Notes: generated from the letters alone by a model not told the origin. 32,000 nt of DNA from Okeania sp. (GCF_035285525.1 NZ_JAYKGW010000108.1:3007-35006), one strand, 5' to 3'. Counted from the stretch's first letter, positions 18,039-27,357 are shown. Numbers and translations: made by a program.

Positions 18039-18140
18039 AGGACTTACACGGGAGGAAGTCGGTTTCTAGGATAAATCCTTGTTTTGAGCAATAGATGTCT
18101 ATGATCGTACCGGGTTTTTGGGTTCACTTGCGTAAATCCT
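18039..18140. mobile_element. MITE-like element (102 bp), family with 19089-19192 and 23463-23564
   Basis: aggacttacacgggaggaagtcggtttctagg ... cgtaccgggtttttgggttcacttgcgtaaatcct. It is collinear with the other two copies over its full length. Confidence 0.75.
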
Positions 18141-18163
18141 GAACCCAAAAAAGCAGCATTTTT

Positions 18164-18191
18164 CCTTCTACCTTCTACCTTCTACCTTCTA
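18164..18191. repeat. STRR heptamer array CCTTCTA
   Basis: ccttcta x4, immediately downstream of the stop of 18193..19074. Confidence 0.85.
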
Positions 18192-18192
18192 C

Positions 18193-19074
18193 TTACTTAA
18201 TAAAATTTTCATTCCCCATTGCTTTATAAACCTCACGAATCATATCATAATCACTATCATTAACAGGAGTGAAGGTAGAACCCGTGAACTTAGAAGCAAA
18301 ATGTGGCGTAGAAAGAATTGCTCGCAACAGTATATCCTGATTTGCCAACATCCGCTGGCGAATTTCATCTACCAACATCGGTTCTAATTTGCCACTACCA
18401 AGAAATACATCACTGGGCAATAGTTCACCCTGGATAAGTATGGGATAATCTTTTTGGGATAAACCCTCATCTCCTAGAGTTTTTTTGTATCTATGTAAAA
18501 CTCTTCCCCAGGCATCAACCTCACCATTTTTTAATGCCTTCAACTGATAATCTTCTGAGTTAATAATTTTCACATCTGATAGCGGGTTCAACCCGGCATC
18601 TATTAGCATTTTTATCTGCGCTATATGATTGCCTGTGATACCTATTTCACCTAACTCAATTGTTTTACCTTTCAAATCAGCTAATGACTTGATTCCGCTA
18701 TTTGCACGGACTGCTATAATAGCACGATAGTTAAGGCGTGTTAGGGCAACAATGGGTATTGCATTTGTCCTCGCTCTAATGATTACATATTCTGATGGTC
18801 CAACATGAATTAAATCTACCTCATCCAACTGTAATGCTGTTGTGGCATCGACTAGGTTATTAACAGGAAAAAATTCTATTTTTGTTTCTAATACATCTGC
18901 CAAAGTAGTGATAAATTGACCATATTCCTGCTCTAATTCTGCCAGACCTTGAACATCGCTCACAGCAAATAGCAGTTTCTTTTTATTCTGAAGCCAAAAA
19001 TTTCTATTATCTGTGATTGTTGTACAACCTGCAATAGATAGAAAAAAATACCAAAGGAAATGACGTCTTAACAT
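18193..19074 (-). CDS. PhnD/SsuA-type periplasmic substrate-binding lipoprotein (phosphonate-ABC-like SBP fold)
   Basis: 293 aa. It has a lipoprotein signal with lipobox LSIAGC. Segments such as LLFAVSDVQG..FFPVNNLVDATTALQLDEVDLIHVGPSEYV.. resemble the PhnD family. No ABC permease or ATPase is adjacent. It lies upstream and co-oriented with the histidine kinase. Confidence 0.7.
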   Translation of the reverse strand: MLRRHFLWYFFLSIAGCTTITDNRNFWLQNKKKLLFAVSDVQGLAELEQEYGQFITTLADVLETKIEFFPVNNLVDATTALQLDEVDLIHVGPSEYVIIRARTNAIPIVALTRLNYRAIIAVRANSGIKSLADLKGKTIELGEIGITGNHIAQIKMLIDAGLNPLSDVKIINSEDYQLKALKNGEVDAWGRVLHRYKKTLGDEGLSQKDYPILIQGELLPSDVFLGSGKLEPMLVDEIRQRMLANQDILLRAILSTPHFASKFTGSTFTPVNDSDYDMIREVYKAMGNENFIK

Positions 19075-19088
19075 AATGAATAATTAAT

Positions 19089-19192
19089 CAGGACTTACAC
19101 GGGAGAAACCCGGTTTCTACAGTAAATCATTGTTTTTGACAATAAATATCCACGCTCGTACCGGGTTTCTGAGTTCGCATGGCTTTAGTCCT
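19089..19192. mobile_element. MITE-like element (104 bp), 14 nt upstream of the SBP start codon
   Basis: aggacttacacgggagaaacccggtttctacag ... cgtaccgggtttctgagttcgcatggctttagtcct. Confidence 0.75.
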
Positions 19193-19362
19193 GTTAATAA
19201 TTAATAATTAACAATTAATAATTAATAATGGATAATTGATCGTAGAAGAAATGTAGGAGGTGTAGGGTGGAAGTCCGTTTTTATGAATGCAACTTGTATA
19301 TATTCCAAACCATTCAATCCCCACACTTCCCACTCTCTCCTGTAAGCAATCTCTAACTCACT

Positions 19363-20832
19363 CTAACTCAAAACCCAATTAACTAGAGTCCGAACCCCGT
19401 AACCAGTTGCACCAGTATTATTGTAACCATCTTCTGCATCTACCCAAGCTGTACCAGCAATATCTAAATGTGCCCAAGGTGTATCTTTAATAAACTGCTT
19501 CAAAAATAAAGCAGCAGTAATAGCACCACCAGGACGAGGACCCGTATTTTTCATATCAGCGTGGATAGCTTTCATTCCCTCGAAATATTTCTCTTCCAAA
19601 GGCATCCGCCACATTTTCTCTCCTGATTTTTCTGCTGCTGCTGTTAGTTCTGCTGCTAAGTCATCATTGGGACTCCACAAACCAGCAATATCATTACCCA
19701 ATGCTACAACGCAAGCACCAGTCAGAGTTGCTAAATCTACAATTGCATCTACTTCCAATTTTTCAGCAAAAACTAACGCATCTGCTAAAGTCAAACGACC
19801 CTCTGCATCTGTATTGTTAACTTCAATAGTTTTGCCATTGGAAGCAGTGAGAAAATCACCAGGGTGCATAGCATGACCGCTAATCATATTTTCAGTGACA
19901 GCGCTGATAAAGTGAACTTCCACATCTGGTTTCAATTGAGCGATCGCTTTCACTGCACCAAAAGTTGCACCTGCTCCACTCATATCAGTTTTCATCATTT
20001 CAATGCTACTACCACCTACTTTGAGGTTTAAACCACCGGAGTCAAATGTTAATCCTTTTCCAACTATGGCTAGTTTGCGACGGGGAGTACCTTCTGGTTT
20101 GTAAGTGATATGAATAAATTTTGGTGGTAAGTCAGAAGCTTGAGCAACTCCCAAAAAAGCTCCCATTCCTAGTTTTTCGCAATCTTCTTTTTCCAGAATT
20201 TCTAGTTCTAGACCAAATTCTTGAGCTAAAGCTTCAGCAGTTTCTGCCATAGTTATTGGAGTACAAGAATTAGCGGGTGCTGCTACAAGTTCCCTGGCAA
20301 GAATAACTCCAGAACAAATTTGTCGGGCGCGGGCGATCGCTTCATCGACACCAGCTAAACTAATTAATTCTACTTTTTCTACATCTGTTCCTAGATTTTC
20401 TAGTTCCGATTTAAAGCGATTATCTTGATGGAGAACTAACTCAATGCCTTCAGTTATAGCTGTAGCTGTAGAATTAGCATCTTGACATATTGGCAGACTA
20501 ATGCCTAGAGTTTTACATCTCTCCTGTTTTGCCAAACGTCCAGATATCCCTGCTGCTTGGCGTAAAGTATCTAATTTTAAGTCTTCTGATTTACCCAAAC
20601 CCACAATAATAATTTTGCGAATAGGGTTTTTACCACCGACACGAGTTGAGGCGCTACTGTTAATTTTACCCTTAAATTCTGTTTCTGCAATGAGTTCAGA
20701 TAAAGTACCAGCCAAGAGTTCGTCCAATTTGGCCATGTCCCCGGTTAATTCTATGGCATCTTCAAATAAACCAATAGCTAGGGCATCTCCGGCCCATTCT
20801 AACTGAGATGTATTAGTTGCTCTAATTTCCAT
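19363..20832 (-). CDS. pepA: Leucyl aminopeptidase (M17 family)
   Basis: 489 aa. M17 signatures are [15 protein letters not shown] and [15 protein letters not shown]. Length and N-terminal domain are typical of PepA. Confidence 0.95.
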   Translation of the reverse strand: MEIRATNTSQLEWAGDALAIGLFEDAIELTGDMAKLDELLAGTLSELIAETEFKGKINSSASTRVGGKNPIRKIIIVGLGKSEDLKLDTLRQAAGISGRLAKQERCKTLGISLPICQDANSTATAITEGIELVLHQDNRFKSELENLGTDVEKVELISLAGVDEAIARARQICSGVILARELVAAPANSCTPITMAETAEALAQEFGLELEILEKEDCEKLGMGAFLGVAQASDLPPKFIHITYKPEGTPRRKLAIVGKGLTFDSGGLNLKVGGSSIEMMKTDMSGAGATFGAVKAIAQLKPDVEVHFISAVTENMISGHAMHPGDFLTASNGKTIEVNNTDAEGRLTLADALVFAEKLEVDAIVDLATLTGACVVALGNDIAGLWSPNDDLAAELTAAAEKSGEKMWRMPLEEKYFEGMKAIHADMKNTGPRPGGAITAALFLKQFIKDTPWAHLDIAGTAWVDAEDGYNNTGATGYGVRTLVNWVLS

Positions 20833-20938
20833 GTTGATTTCTTTTTAAGTATTAATAGAATATCTTAATCTGTTTTATATCTATTTCAGGAATGTTCCAT
20901 AGGATTTGGTCTCGAAAAAAGAGGGAGAAAAAAAAATT

Positions 20939-21052
20939 AATAGATATTTCCAAAAATAAAAAATAGAATCAATTATTGGAGAGAAATTATCTATTCTTTC
21001 CCCCTAATTCCTACTTCCTACTGCCTTTTTTCTGAAGATATTATGGAAATAG
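20939..21052. repeat. Direct repeat R1 (~110 bp), partner of 22906-23013
   Basis: aatagatatttccaaaaataaaaaatagaatcaattattggagagaaattatctattctttccccctaattcctacttcctactgccttttttctgaagat.. is roughly 80% identical by eye to R2. Confidence 0.8.
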
Positions 21053-21196
21053 CAACTTTGAAAAAAAAATCAGATAGATAATACAAATTTGACATTAAAA
21101 TCTAGAAATCACCACATAATTGAACGCTAATTTGACGACTGTTTCATAGTATGTATAAGATTATCTATTATACTCTAAAAATAAACACTATTATGA

Positions 21197-22851
21197 GTGA
21201 AAAAAAAATGGCCTCCCTCAGCAAAAAAAAACAATTCTGCTGAGAAAGTAAAAGATACATCCCACTATAAAGCTCAATATATTCAGAGTTTTGTGTCCAA
21301 ATGGGATGAGTTAATTGATTGGGAAACTAGAGCCAAAAGTGAAGGCAGCTTTTTTATTGACATTCTCAAACAGCATGGGGCTCAGAAAGTCTTAGATGTT
21401 GCCACAGGAACTGGTTTTCATTCGATTGGCCTCCGCCAAGCTGGTTTTGATGTTGTTAGTGCCGATGGTAGTCCAGAAATGTTAGCCCAAGCTTTTGCTA
21501 ATGGTCGTGATTATGGCCTGATACTACAAACAGTACAAGCAGATTGGCGTTGGCTCAATCGTAATATTGATGGCAAGTTTGATGCAGTAATCTGTTTGGG
21601 GAACTCTTTTACTCACTTGTTCTCAGAACGCGATCGCCGGAAAGTTCTTGCTGAATTTTATGCGGCTTTGAAACACGATGGTATACTTATTTTAGATCAG
21701 CGTAACTATGACGCTATTATGGATGTAGGATTTTCCTCAAAGCACATCTACTATTATTGTGGTGAGAATATCAAAGCTGAACCAGAATATGTGGATGACA
21801 CTTTGGCAAGATTTCGGTATGAGTTCCCTGATCAATCAGTCTATCATTTGAATATGTTTCCTCTGCGGAAAAATTACACCCGACAGTTAATGTTGGAAGT
21901 GGGTTTTCAGCGGATTAAAACTTATGGTGACTTTCAGGAAACTTACCATCAAGAAGAGCAAGACTTTTTTATTCATGTGGCTGAAAAAAGTTACGATAGC
22001 AAACTTTCAGAGAATAATACTATGGACTATTCCCCAACTGTTAATACTGCTCGTGAATACTATAACAGCGATAGTGCTGACAACTTTTATGCTACCATGT
22101 GGGGCGGTGAAGACATTCACATAGGTATTTACCAGAGTGAAAATGAGTCAGTATTTGATGCTAGTCGTCGCACAGTAGAAAAAATTGCTTCTTTGCTAAA
22201 TTTGAGTAAAGATAGCAAAGTTTTAGATATTGGTTCTGGATATGGAGGAGGCGCTCGTTATCTGGCTAAAACTTATGGTTGTCGGGTACATTTCTAAATT
22301 TAAGTGAAGCTCAAAATAAACGAAATCGTGAATTGAATGAGGAACAGGGTTTAACATCTCTAATTGAAGTGATTGATGGTAATTTTGAGGATATTCCCTT
22401 AGAAGACAAAAGTGTAGATATTGTTTGGTCTCAAGATGCTATTCTTCATAGTGGAAATCGGATTCAGGTTTTCAAAGAAGTACAACGGGTACTAAAATCT
22501 GGTGGAGAATTTATTTTTACCGATCCCATGCAAAGTGATGATTGTCCGGAAGGAGTTCTGCAACCTGTTTTAGACCGCATTCATTTAACTTCTCTAGGTT
22601 CAATAGGTTTTTATCAGAAAATTGCAGATTTATCAGGTCTCCAAGAAGTTGAAGTTATCGATCTTTCGGAGCAGTTAGTCAACCACTACCAACGTATTCT
22701 CAAGAGCGTAGAGGAAAATCATGAAAAAGCTGTGGCAGCAAGTGGTGAGGAGTATATTGAACGGATGAAAACTGGTTTGAATCATTGGATAGAAGCAGGA
22801 AAGAAAGGTTATTTATGTTGGGGAATATTAAAGTTTGTTTGTCAAGATTAA
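21197..22851 (+). pseudogene. Fused glycine/sarcosine N-methyltransferase + sarcosine/dimethylglycine N-methyltransferase (glycine betaine synthesis), interrupted by a 1-nt frameshift near 22285-22292
   Basis: ORF 21197..22297 carries a complete GSMT-like domain: HYKAQYIQSFVSKWDELIDWETRA..VLDVATGTGFHS..ICLGNSFTHLFSERDRRK..ILILDQRNYD..YYYCGENIKAEPEYVDD..FRYEFPDQSVYHLNMFPLRK..GDFQETYHQEEQDFFIHVAEK. It continues in frame into an SDMT-like domain: AREYYNSDSADNFYATMWGGEDIHIGIY..VLDIGSGYGGGARYLAKTYGCRV. ORF 22279..22851 continues the SDMT domain in another frame: LNLSEAQNKRNRELNEEQGL..VWSQDAILHSGNR..GGEFIFTDPMQSDDCPEGVLQPVLDRIHL..YIERMKTGLNHWIEAGKKGYLCWGILKF. It could be intact if the frameshift is an assembly error. 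Confidence 0.8.
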
Positions 22852-22905
22852 ATATCATTAGAATTACGATTAATTTACTCCATCTCTAGACATTTAATAT
22901 CAATC

Positions 22906-23013
22906 AATAGACATCTCTAAAAATAAAAAAATCAATCCATTATCGGAGAGAAATTATCTATTCTTTCTTTCTATTTCCTACTCCTTCTTTTCTGGAGATG
23001 TCTATCTAAATAG
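22906..23013. repeat. Direct repeat R2, partner of 20939-21052
   Basis: aatagacatctctaaaaataaaaaaatcaatccattatcggagagaaattatctattctttctttctatttcctactccttcttttctggagat.. Confidence 0.8.
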
Positions 23014-23261
23014 GGCTTGCGTATGGAGATATAAAAGCATTGACAGATAAAGCAGTAATTTATTTGTTGGGAAAAAGTACCAGCTTTTAGAGCAAAAAGG
23101 TTAAAAAAGATAGCACAAAAGGCTCACACAAGAGTAGAAAAATTAAGAGGTAATTCTTCCAACTAATTCCTCTATAAATCCTATTCCTATTAAATTTCCC
23201 TCCTGGGAGGGGTTAGGGGTGGGTTTACTCCCTACTCCCTATTCCCTACTAACTACCTTAA
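23013..23261. repeat. Composite dispersed repeat: module Y (23013-23110, direct) plus inverted module X (23146-23261)
   Basis: See 15426-15618. The X copy here also contains a cctcccaggaggggttaggggtgggtt insert absent from the other copy. Confidence 0.75.
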
Positions 23262-23462
23262 CCACCAGACTTTATTCAGCAAGGAAACCCTAAATAGATA
23301 TATAGATTGATAATTGGAGATGATATTATTTATGAGAAATTAACCATAATTCTTGAGTGGAACACCTAGAATACGGATGCTGCACAACCTTATGAAAATG
23401 ATATTACGATTCTCTTAATCTTTTGATAATATCTTTCCACTTACAAAACTGGTAAATTAAAT

Positions 23463-23564
23463 AGGACTTACACGGGAGGAACCAGGTTTCTAGAATAAAT
23501 CGTTGTTTTCAGCAGTAATAATCTAACCTCGTACCGGGTTTCTGGGTTCATTTGCTTAAGTCCT
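23463..23564. mobile_element. MITE-like element (102 bp), family with 18039 and 19089 copies
   Basis: aggacttacacgggaggaaccaggtttctagaataaatcgttg ... cgtaccgggtttctgggttcatttgcttaagtcct. Confidence 0.75.
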
Positions 23565-23647
23565 ATTAAAGTCAAAACCATAATCCTTACTCATAACTGA
23601 TATCAAATCCGGTTAAACAGTTATAGATTCCTTAAGTCTTTAGGAAT

Positions 23648-23672
23648 CAGGAGTCAGGAGTCAGGAGTCAGG
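23648..23672. repeat. STRR heptamer array CAGGAGT
   Basis: caggagt x3 plus a partial copy. Confidence 0.85.
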
Positions 23673-23753
23673 CTAAAATTGTTAGGTTTTGATTGATATT
23701 GGGAATACTAAAATTAAAGGTAATCAACATAACTAATATCAGCATATCAACTT

Positions 23754-23969
23754 ATGAATAAGAATCTAATATGGTTTTTTGTAATTCTAGCTATAGTTTT
23801 TGTCACTGCTGGTGACAGTCTAGAATTTATGCCCAAACCTCTCCAAAATGCTAGTTTAGAAAGTCGTAAATTTGTGGTGGGATTATGGCCTCGTTGGTTG
23901 AAACCTAAAAATACTAATCAACGTACAGAAGAAGCACTAGAAAAGTTGGAAACTCCTGCTCAAAAATAA
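23754..23969 (+). CDS. Hypothetical small membrane protein (one N-terminal TM helix)
   Basis: 71 aa. LIWFFVILAIVFVTAG is a hydrophobic helix followed by a charged tail. It is the only ORF in a ~1.4-kb repeat-rich gap. I recognise no homology. Confidence 0.3.
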   Translation: MNKNLIWFFVILAIVFVTAGDSLEFMPKPLQNASLESRKFVVGLWPRWLKPKNTNQRTEEALEKLETPAQK

Positions 23970-24316
23970 TAGTTTAAAAAAAGTAAGGGAAGAGAAAAAT
24001 TTTAAAGTGGTAGTGGTCTACAAGTAGTGATTTTTGCAGTTTCACTCCTGACAGTCAAAGAGATTTGCTTCTAAATATCGGTACATCTACAACACTACCC
24101 TTAAAGTTATATTATGTGTCTAAAATTTAACTAGGTTATACCAATTACTATGCATTAATCCTATAGTGAGCGCGATACTTAAACATCTCAATAGTTACCA
24201 AGATTAAAAGTCTGTTATGTAACAATTATTAGTCGGAAAGGTATAAATTTTTCCTATTTTTCCTTTCCCCACACTGACTACACGAACCACACTTTCTCAC
24301 CGAATTAGATATAGGA

Positions 24317-24652
24317 TTATTTTTGAGAAATCGTATTAGGTACGTTTTCTATAATTAATATTTCTGGCTCAAAAACTCTAGCTATTTTGATTAATTCTCT
24401 AAAAAGATTATTTCTAGAATATTTAGGTTCTCCACCATTTTTATTACAAATAGAATACCTTTGACAAGGAGGAATACTAATGATAATTTGTGGTTTATTA
24501 TTACTCCAAATTGCTACAATATCTTTTTCATTTTCATTCTCCACCCCAAAATTGTGGGTTACTGATAAAAGTTCCTCTAATTTAGAGGTGAGGCGATCAA
24601 AAAATTTGAGAATGAAAATACCCTGCTTAAAAGGGGAGGCTTGAGATCTCAT
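24317..24652 (-). pseudogene. Remnant of a DNA (cytosine-5)-methyltransferase (motifs IV and VI only)
   Basis: ..IIISIPPCQRYSICNKNGGEPKYSRNNLFRELIKIARVFEPEILIIENVPNTISQK* contains the catalytic PPCQ (motif IV) and ENV (motif VI) at normal spacing. The position of motif I (FxGxGG) reads FFDRLT. Everything after motif VI (motif VIII, TRD, IX, X) is missing. The first ~12 codons are read through a dispersed repeat also found at 10170-10213. Confidence 0.6.
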
Positions 24653-25149
24653 TTTTTGGTCAGGAATTTTTACCTTACTCCTACCCTTAAATTTAAGGTA
24701 ACAAATTTGTCAATGGTTATAATTACTTAAGCACCCACAGTTGTTCAAAATTAGTTTTTTTGAGATTTATTCATCCGTAGAAAAGGTATAAATTTTTGCA
24801 CTCTATATTGACGAAAAATAGAAGGTTGTAGCTTTTTATAGGGAAAATTTATGATTTTTAAACACAACATTAGCACAATAAACTATGTATCCAGATGATA
24901 CCAAATCCCTGAAATAACGCAAGTAGGTGAAATATTTTGTAACAATTAGCCGAAATCAGATTTATTTTGATAAGCAGAAAAAATAATAATAGTTGATTAT
25001 ATTTTTTTTACTTATGTTTTGCGTTCTTGTGGGAAACTGTTTTTGAATTTTTTTATAGAAGAAGGCGATCGCAACTTCTGTAAGGAAGATTTTAAATAGG
25101 GAATCAACAGAATAAGTAATTAATTTTGCAAGATATAGGGCTGCGCGCA

Positions 25150-25199
25150 GGGAACAGGGAACAGGGAACAGGGAACAGGGAACAGGGAACAGGGAACAG
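25150..25199. repeat. STRR heptamer array GGGAACA x7
   Basis: gggaacagggaacagggaacagggaacagggaacagggaacagggaaca. Confidence 0.9.
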
Positions 25200-25233
25200 A
25201 AAGAATGAATCGCCGATAATATAAGGCTTTTAT

Positions 25234-25672
25234 CTATTAATCCTTGATTTTTTTAGCATTTTACGGGCTACATTTTCTGTTAAACCAGTTGACTGAAATT
25301 AACGTACTAAAGATTAATAATGATTGACAATTTATTTTATATAATATCTAAATACAGGTTTAACAATAAATAAAGTCGGATTTTCCTCTGAAATTTTATC
25401 TATGAAATTTTGTCTTTCTCAGGATAGTAATATTTGAAATAATTCTGGTGATGATAGTTGGGATTTTTCTAATATTTGGGAAACAGAAACAGATTTTTCT
25501 GCTTTGCTAAGTTGAGACAGTAATTGTTTTTCTCTTTTAGACAACCTTGGAAAATGTTGTTGTAAAATATTGGTTAATTCATCGGATAAAAATAGGGGTT
25601 GATAACTTAAATATTGAGCTACACTTCTACCAAATAATTTTTTGATTGTCTCTCCTATTAATTTTAACCATT
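25234..25672 (-). pseudogene. Scrambled degenerate partial copies of the STAND NTPase gene (winged-helix segment copy plus a copy of the segment preceding it)
   Basis: 25314-25672 is collinear with 25700-26055, about 85-90% by eye. It reads WLKLIGETIKKLFGRSVAQYLSYQPLFLSDELTNILQQHF.. with internal stops. 25234-25313 copies 26090-26170 (..FQSTGLTENVARKMLKK vs ..FQLTGLTEKVGRKMLKN) but lies on the wrong side for a simple tandem duplication. Confidence 0.7.
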
Positions 25673-25688
25673 ACTGAAATCAACCTCC

Positions 25689-27107
25689 TCAGATTAACAA
25701 TGATTGACAATTTATTATTCTCAATATAGGTTTAACAATAAATAAAGTCGGATTTTCTTCTTTAATTTTATCTATCAAATTTCGTCTTTCTAAGGATAGT
25801 AATGTTTGAAATAATTCTGGTGATGATAATTGTAATTTTTCTAATATTTGGGAAACAGAAACAGATTTTTCTGTTTGGCTAAGTTGAGACAGTAATTGTT
25901 TTTCTAATTGAGATAATCTTTGAAAATGTTGTTGTAAAATATTGGTTAATTCATCGGATAAAAATAGGGGTTGATAACTTAAATATTGAGCTACACTTCC
26001 ACTAAATAATTTTTTGATTGTCTCTCCTATTAATTTTAACCATTGAGGATTACCTTGATAGAAATTTATCAACTCTTGCCATTTTTATTCATCTAATAAT
26101 CCTTGATTTTTTAGCATTTTACGCCCTACCTTTTCTGTTAAACCAGTTAACTGAAATAAACGTACTGGTGAGTCTTTATCTGTAAAGTTGAAAATTTCTA
26201 AAGGTGGTTCCCAAGTATTAAGAATTAAACAACTATTATGAGGAAGTTCGCCGATAATTTTTAGTAGGTTGCCATAGTTTTCATATCCTGGTTTATAGTT
26301 ACCGACAAGTTGTTCGCTATTTAGTATTTTTTGTAGATCATCAAGAATAATTAGACAACGTATCTCCCGTAATTTTTCTATCAGTATTGATAGTTGAGTA
26401 TCCGTGTTATTCGGGAGGTTTATTTCTGTTACGTTGGAGATAGTTTCTATTAAGTTTTTGAGAGTTAGGTTTAAGGGTGGAGATGTGCGGAGGGTACGCC
26501 AGATAATACGGTCGAAGTTAGATTCTATTTGGGGGATGAGGTGACGAATAATGGTGCTTTTACCAATACCGCTGATTCCGGAAATGGTGATGAGGCGACA
26601 ATGATGTTTGAGTATCCAGGTTTTGAGAGTAGTAAGTTCGGTGGAGCGATCATAGAATGTTTTTTTGATATTTGGTGCGTCTCGGAGGTCGAGTTTTGGC
26701 AGTGGGGTTTTATTTTCGTTTATTGTTTGTTTAGTGGGTGATTTTGATTGAGTTTCTTCTAGAGAGTTGGTGTTATCTGTACAGAGATTAATATTACCTT
26801 TTACATAATTACTTTGTCGTCCGAAATTCAATATACTTGAAAAGTTAGAAATTTGATATCTTTCCATCGCAGCGAGGAAATTTGACTTACGAATTTTTTC
26901 ATTTAATTCCTGAGAAATAAGTTTCCATAAATTTGAAGCGACATTTCCCACATGAAATTTAGTGCAGCGATATTCTTTAGCAACCTTTGAGTATTTTTCC
27001 CCTTGCCAAGTAGCGCGTAATATGGCTTTTTGCAGACTATCAAGATGTTTGCCAGTTTTATCGAAAACTATATCATCCACAAACCTTAAAACTTCATTAA
27101 GAGTCAT
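25689..27107 (-). pseudogene. STAND-class P-loop NTPase (NACHT/NB-ARC-like) with N-terminal HTH-like domain; in-frame TAA at 26085-26087 and no C-terminal repeat domain
   Basis: ORFs 26085..27107 and 25689..26072 share one frame, separated only by TAA plus four codons: ..NQGLLDE*KWQELINFYQGNPQWLKL... Walker A is ITISGISGIGKST and Walker B is CLIILDDL. The GNPxxLKL and FxRLSxxEKxLL..LSLxRRxLI segments form the helical/winged-helix arm. The N-terminus (MTLNEVLRFVDDIVFDKTGKHLDSLQKAILRATWQGEKYSKVAKEY..NVASNLWKLISQEL) is the domain common on cyanobacterial NACHT-WD40/TPR proteins. ORF 25689..26072 starts at TTG, an internal Leu. Confidence 0.7.
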
Positions 27108-27357
27108 TGGTCAATATTGGTTAGGAATAAATTCCTATTGTATCCGATCTTTTCTTAATATTTAGGAAAAAATCTGATATTTTCTGATTGTTATTTTGAG
27201 TCATAGATTATTTTTTCTGAGATTTGATTAGTAGTAGCTCTGATTATGTGTCGTAGTAAATTATTAGGTATTAGATTACTTGGCGAAACTGTAAAACTTT
27301 ATTTTACATATAAGGAAGTAATCCGAATCAAAAAGTATTTGGAGAATATCTAACATA

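Noticed and set aside
19667-20806. Plus-strand ORFs 19667..19876 and 20501..20806
   Set aside because: They are antisense to pepA.
21089-21130. Sigma-70-type promoter for the methyltransferase gene (TTGACA at 21089)
   Set aside because: No acceptable -10 hexamer lies at 16-18 nt spacing. In DNA this AT-rich, hexamer matches are not informative without transcript data.
21924-22124. ORF 21924..22124 (+)
   Set aside because: It is an alternative frame inside the methyltransferase gene.
22279-22297. Programmed ribosomal frameshift as the explanation for the split methyltransferase
   Set aside because: There is no slippery heptamer or obvious downstream structure at ggttgtcgggtacatttctaa. A simple 1-nt indel (mutation or assembly error) is more parsimonious.
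24590-24652. N-terminal 20 residues of ORF 24317..24652 as genuine coding sequence
   Set aside because: This stretch coincides with a dispersed repeat (cttaaaaggggaggc...tcattttttggt), also present at 10175-10213 in a non-coding context.
25689-26072. ORF 25689..26072 as an independent 127-aa gene
   Set aside because: Its start is a TTG that is an internal Leu codon. It is in frame with 26085..27107 across a single TAA and continues the STAND helical/winged-helix region.
26529-27165. Plus-strand ORFs 26529..26741 and 26962..27165
   Set aside because: They are antisense to the STAND NTPase gene.
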